Source: the human T2T-CHM13v2.0 reference genome, Homo sapiens
Reading direction: 5' to 3' (one strand)
NCBI RefSeq assembly: GCF_009914755.1
Contig: NC_060928.1
Length of the DNA stretch: 64,000 nt
The notes under the pieces: generated by a model
The model's database searches: none
What the model saw: the letters and a program-made list of their open reading frames with translations, nothing else
Told to the model about the DNA's origin: nothing
Translations under genes and position numbers: made by a program
Shown here: positions 57,471 through 64,000 of the stretch, one piece after another
Layout of the letters: every line of letters starts with the position of its first letter
How positions within the stretch are numbered: the first letter of the stretch is position 1

Positions 57471-59889
57471 GATGCGAGGTGACAAGCCAACCCTCCGGAG
57501 GTGCTTGGTGGCATAGGTGAGGTCTCAATGGCCCTAGAAGTATTTGTTCCGTAAGAGCCTGGCGAAAGCTTGGCCAAAGCTTCCCAAACCCATTCAGGGC
57601 TGGCCGCGGCCCTCTCCCTTCTTCTTCCAACCCACATTCACCAAACTCTGACTGTGGACCAGGAGCACTGTCCCTTTAACCCACTCGACCCACTTGTGCG
57701 GTGTGCGTGCTCATTCTCATTTTCTGGCTCAGTAAATTGAGGCATGGAGAGGCCTCCCAGACACCGGGGTTTGGCCCCACGTCTCCGTGTTCTGGAGCCA
57801 AACTCCACCCCTTCCCCCGGGGCTGGAGGCTGGCCTGGGGCTGGAGCCTGTTCTGACCCATCCAGGGCCCCCCAAGGGTTTGTCCTGATGATAAACTGAA
57901 CAAACAGGATGAAGGCAGGAAGGAGAGAGTCCTGCAGGCTGCTTGGTGGTCCCCCAGCTGGGTGAGCTGGCCCCTGGGGGCGTCAACACCTGCCCGTGGT
58001 TGGGGCCTCTGCTTGTGCAGTGGTGGCTGGGCCTGCAGGGCTGAGGGAGGGGACGCTGCGGAGAAGGAGCTCACTTCCTCATCGCCAGGCTCTGCACAGG
58101 AATCCCACGCTTAGGGTTATAACAGCAGGTGGGAAATTCCCTGAGCCTGGGGAGCCCTCCTTTTCTCAGAAGACAGTCTCTGAGTACCAGCTGTGTGCCA
58201 GGCCCGGAGAAGCCCTGGATGCCGTTTCGAACAGGCCTGTTCCTAACCCAGGGGGAGGTGGTGGGCTGGGAGGCAGGCAGGTGTCCCGGGCATCAGCCAG
58301 TGGATGGAGAGAGGCTGCTGGGACTCCTGCTCTGCCTATAGGGACATAAGACCCAGCTTCTGAGGGACAAAAAGGCAGAGATGGGAGGACAAGGACTCCA
58401 AGGTCAGGCGTTCGGAGCGAAAGACCCCCTAAACCAGGGAGCTCGCATGCCCAGGGAGTGGATTCCAGCGCTTTGTTGAGACGCCTCCATGTGCTTCCGG
58501 AGAGGAGATGGGAAGACAGCCTGGCCTTGCAGGCAGGGGCTTCCTGGTGCTGCCACAGACTCAGGGCCAGGTGGTGGGCACAGGCAGCCACAGGTGCCAG
58601 GACCGCAGTCCTGCAGAGCAAGGAGGAGAAAGCAAAGTCCGAGGCTGGGCGAGGGCAGCCAGGGCATCCTGCACTGCCCCTGAAGGTGCCCAGAGCTCTC
58701 CAGGCGTGACCAGGGTCCCAGGACATGGGAACAGGGAGGGTGAAGGCCCCAGGCTGCACAGGGCATTTGATCAGTGAGGCTGTGTTCTGCGTCCGCAGTT
58801 CCACTCACGCTTCCTCCTTTGGAAAGCAAGTCTCATGGGCTGCACCCTGCTCCCACTCCTGGGCGAACAGCTTCCCCGGAGGGTCTCTTGGGTGCCTCTT
58901 GGCGTCAGATGTCTCCTGATTCACCATTCCCGGCCCCCACAGGTCCTGGTCCCTGCCCCTCAGAGGTGGTTGGGGGGTGGGAAGGATTTGGCCACAAACT
59001 GATCAATCAGATTACAGTTGGAGCAGGTGTGCAGATGGAAGGTGGGGTGCCGGGGCACTTCACAGCCAGGTGCTGTCGCCTCTGCAAGCCTTGCTGGCCC
59101 GGGGCTGATCCGGCTGAGGCCCTGCACTCTGAGCATCCCCAGGGAGCCTTCCCTGACTGTGGGATTCCCTCCCCGGCCAGAGCTAGGGGACCCTCTCTAT
59201 GCCTCATAGAACCTCCCTCACGGAACCATCACTATTCTGTCGAAATTCCCAACTTAGCAGGCCTGGGTCTCCCTCCCTCTGTGTGGGAGGTGGGTGGTTG
59301 TTGAAACCAAGGACTTTAGACCGTGGGCTCCTCCCGCCCCTGCTCTGCTGATGGAGCCCAAGGTATGAGGTGAGCTGGGGCCTGGGAGGCCAGTTCTCAG
59401 GGTGACAGCCACAGCCATGGGGGCAGGGGTGATGGCTGGGCTTACATGACACCCACTCGTCCCTGCCTGCAGCCAACTTGCCCCCCATGAGGGTTTCCTC
59501 ATCCTGTACTAAACATTACACAGGAGCTGCCTCTTGGGGAGCAGCCTCTGTGAAGGGACCTGTCGCCACAGTGGTGGCCCGAGCCGAGAGCAGTGCGGGG
59601 AGGGAGGAGGTGCTCGTGGGTGGGAAAAGGCATGGCAGGGATGGCAGCTTCAGTGTGCACTTCTGCTTTGGTCTGACAGGTGTGCGGGTGCGTGTGTGTG
59701 TGTGTGTGTGTGCTTGCACACAGGCTTGAGAATTGCCTAGCCCCTCAGAGCCTCAGTTTCCCCATCTCTGCACTGGGGAGGTAGGCCTTCCCTGGGGGTT
59801 GCTGGACCAAGGTGTCTGGTACCAGGAGGTGTGCCAGTTGGCACCTACTGTCCTGGGACTGTCCTGAGGTCAGTCTTGACCGCCTCTGG

Positions 59890-60874
59890 GTTTTCAGGCT
59901 CAGAGCCTCGGGGGAGGGCTGGGGGTGCTGGGGAAGGAAACTGGGCTCCATCTGTGCTTGATGTATGGTGAGATTTTCCGTGCTGCTGTCTAATGCAGGC
60001 CCAGCTTGCCCTGTTTGGTAAAAAACTGAGGTGGGGAAGAAATAAGCCCAGCATCTCCGCAACTCCTACCTCCCATCTCCCCACCCCTGCAAGACATTCT
60101 GAGCAGACACTGGGACAGACTTTGTGGCGCATGGACTCGTCCCCCTGCTCCTGGCTTGAAGCTCCCAGGGGTGCCTCTCTGCCCTTCCCAGGTGCTCGAT
60201 GTCCAGGGCCTCCTGCCTCCCCTTCACAGCTGCGTCCTCTGTCCCTGACTGCAGACCCCACGCACCCCCAACAGCTGCCTGATTTGCCTCCCAGTCCCCT
60301 GCCACGTTCCCCGCCCAGAGAGCAGGGTGGAAGTGGGAGATGGCGATAAGGACAGGAGGCTCTGGGGGTTGTCCTGGCAGCTGGAAGGCCCCAGCCTCGT
60401 GGGCCCATCAGGGCTCTGAGGCCCGGACGGAGGCCCTGGCAAGCCCTGGGTGCCCTGCCTCCCAGCATCCACCACAAAAGGGGTGACAGGACAGCAGGAG
60501 GCCAGACTTGCACTTTTGCTCCCAGACAGAGGTCAGAGGCATGGCCGTCCCGGTTCTCCATGCCCTGCCTGCAGAGGGGATGTTTGCTGGCCACTGAGGG
60601 GCTTCAAGCCAGGAGCAAGGGGACGAGTCCACGCACCGGAAAGTCTGTCCCAGTGTTTGCTCAGAATATCTTGCTGGGCGGGGAGATGGGAGGCAGGAGC
60701 TGCGGGGCACGCTGGGCTTATTTCTTCCCCACCTCACATTTCACCAAGCAGGGGCAGCAGAGCCTGTATTAGACAGCAGCAGGGAAAATCTTCTCACCAC
60801 ACATCAGGCACGGATGGAACCCCTTTTCCTTCCTCTGCATCCCCATTGCTCCCCGAGGCTCTGGACTTGAAAAC
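59890..60874. repeat. Diverged inverted repeat: arms ~59890-60170 and ~60592-60874
   Basis: Each arm is the reverse complement of the other. Shared blocks include TGAGGTGGGGAAGAAATAAGCCCAGC, ACACTGGGACAGACTTT and TGCTCCTGGCTTGAAGC. Paralogous ORFs appear on opposite strands in the track. Confidence 0.9.
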
Positions 60875-61464
60875 TGCCCTGGCCATGGTGTTCTGGAGGG
60901 GCAGGGTGGACCTTTCCCCACCCACAATCAGTGAACAGTGAGGCCCCCCATGACCAAGCCCTCCCTTTGGGGACAGCAGGGTTCTGACTATGTGCTTGCC
61001 ATCCTCCTCTCTTATTAGCGCCTCTGTCTGAGGCCGGAGCTGAGGAGGACGTGGCTGACCCCGTCCCTGCGGCCACAGCTGGGGTTTGTCCCCTGTGCAC
61101 CTCAGCCCTGGCCCAGGCTGCCGTCCCCATGGCCCCTGTGCCTATTTGTGACGCTGGAAGGGGGACTCGAATGTGTCCTTCTGTGTCTTCTGACAGGCGA
61201 CGGAGCACTGTTCCGGGAGCACGGTCTGTTGGGTGTGACGGCCCAGCAAAGAGGCAGTGACCGGCTCCTGAGGAGGGGCACAAGGCACCCAGGGGTTCTG
61301 CCTCAACAGGGAAGGGGACTCCAGGCAGAAAACCAGCGAGAGGAGGCCCCGTGGAGGAAGGGAGCACAGCAAACCCGAGATAGGGAGGGGAGGCGCAGCA
61401 GCGGTGCGGGATCACGCCCACCACAACACGGTGCACGGTGCGGTGAGGGGCTCGCTGGATCTGA

Positions 61465-61944
<480 letters not shown>

Positions 61945-63134
61945 TAACAGGAGCCACTGTGCCCGCTGAGTCACTTGAGAGGCCAGGGCCCAGCTCGTGT
62001 TTTTCCAGGGACGCGTCAGTGATAACAAAACTGGCAAAGAACGAGGCAGGGGCCTTTGAACCCCCATGTTCAGAGACCGTTCCAGAAACAGTCCGATGGG
62101 TTTGGCCTTGGAACCCCTGAGAGTCCTCAGGATGAGGCATCCTCGTTCTCCAGGAGGCACCCAAGGTGCAGAGAGGGAAGGGCCGGGCCAGGCCACCCTG
62201 TGGTCAGGGGCCGGGCCAGGACGTGTGCCCAGTTTCCTGAATTCCCGGGAGACCTGAAGAGTGACCTAGGTGATCTCCAGGATCCCCTCTTACCCCCATC
62301 CTGAGACCCTGAAGGGGACGAGGGGAGAGGCAGGGGAGACCAAGGCCTGCACGGCCCCTCCCGGCAGGAGACAGCTGCGGTTGTGACCCGTCCCTGGGCC
62401 TCGTCCTCCCAGTGTCCAGCCTCAGCCCAGTCTCCTCTTAGCTGCCTATGTCCCTGTCTTGGGACTCCAGGGCTTGGCACATGGTAGGTGCTTCGTCACT
62501 GTTCAAGGGATTGATGAATGAAGGATGTGTTTGGACAGTGGCGTGGAAACCTCAGATGCTGTCGCCTGGCTCACAGCCAGGTGTGGGAGTGTTTTATACC
62601 TGCGATCCTGCCCTTCTGCTTGAGGGTGGAGATGGGAGGGGGTGGATGGCCTCCTGCACTGATCACAAAGGGGAAGTGGTCTGCAGGCACTGGCATGCCT
62701 GGGCAGGAAGGGCGGCTCAGAGGTTTGGGGTGGGGCCTGGGCCTGGGGAGCCCACCTGGCCATGGAATCGCGTTCCCTCCAGGGCAGGCCTCATGAAAGG
62801 AAGGGGCTGCGCTGTGCCCAGGGCCACGAGTGCACAAGGAGACTGAGACGCGCAGGAGGGCCCTGGCCAGCCTCCCACAGAGCCGCGGGGCCCAGGGAGG
62901 AGCTGGGAGCCTCTGGGAAGGGGAGTGGTAGGAGTTGGAAGCCTTTGCCCTGAGTGGCTGGGTGTTTCCTCCTCCGGAGGCTCAGCAAAGCACCGTGGCA
63001 TCGCCTCTCCCTGGAGTGAATCTCTGTGGACCGAGCGGAGGGGAGCTGAGGAAACTTTCCCTGCTTGGCCAAGGGAAAGCTGGCTTGGGGTGGGGCTCCT
63101 CATCAGCTCCTTCACCTCCTCGTCTTCTCTGGAC

Positions 63135-63243
63135 AATTTCAGATAGACATCAAAGGTGGCAAGAAATAGTACAGATAATTCCATTTGCCCATACCCAGGT
63201 TCCCTGAATGTTCGCATTTTAGGACTTTTACTTTGTGTGTGTA

Positions 63244-63280
<37 letters not shown>

Positions 63281-64000
63281 TTTTCTTCTGATCCTTTTGG
63301 GAGTAAATTGCAGACATGATGCCCCTTCATCCTAAAAGGTGTCCATATTTCCTAAAACCAGTACATTCTCTTATATAACCGCATTGTAATTATTTCAATG
63401 TTAATTCCCTGCTTTTAATAACACCATCACCTCATCTACAGGCCTCATTCAGATCTTGCCATTTATCCCAATAATATCCTTTATAGCAAAAAAAAAAAAA
63501 AAAAATTCCTGGGTCACACCTTGTGTTCTGACGTGACCGCGACCTCTCTGAGGTACCTTTTAATCTGGAGGCTGCTGTTTTGAAGGATACAGTTTGGATC
63601 TTTTGTAGAATGTCCCTCGATTCGAGTGCAGCTACTATTTCTTCACGATCACATTAGGGATTTGGGCAGGAATCCCGCAGAAGTGATGTTTCTTCAGTGC
63701 AGACGATGTCTATTAGTCTCTGGCTGGTGACGCTAATTTTGGTCCCTTGGAGAAGGGGCGGCTGCCAGTTCTCCCCACTGCACAGTTATTTTTCTCCCCT
63801 CTGCAGTTAGTAAGTAGCTGGGGGGACAACACTCTGAAACTGCGTGAATATCCTGTTCCTCATCAAATTCATGAAGCGCTACTGTCTCATCATGGGCTGG
63901 CCTGGCTGAAATAATCCTTGCGACAGAGGCTGCCAGGCAGTGACTGTCTAATTAGGCAACCCTTCTCCATTCAGCAATCAGCTTTCAACTCTAAGGAAGA
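63135..64000 (-). mobile_element. L1MC-like 3' end with embedded (TG)n (63234-63278)
   Basis: gagtaaattgcagacatgatgccccttc...acattctcttatataacc...ttttgtagaatgtccctc. Confidence 0.7.

Overview
GC-rich, Alu/MaLR/MIR-dense primate (most likely human, 4p16.1) genomic DNA between two divergent genes. ABLIM2 is on the - strand: CpG-island promoter and 10-nt coding first exon at about 15.1 kb, with bases 1-15063 being intron 1. SH3TC1 is on the + strand: non-coding exon 1 at about 55.7-55.8 kb and first coding exon at 61581-61780. A 5'-truncated processed GMPS pseudogene with poly(A) and a 16-bp TSD lies at 30.8-31.4 kb. Gene identities come from my recollection of the protein sequences, not from a database search. 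Nearly all other ORFs in the track are spurious. I see no novel multi-gene system. The best leads are: a sense-oriented THE1 solo LTR in ABLIM2 intron 1 that reads as an in-phase alternative first exon; a ~280-bp apparently non-TE inverted duplication in SH3TC1 intron 1; fold-back junction signatures at 40.3 and 41.2-41.4 kb; and a TTTTA repeat containing one TTTCA unit.
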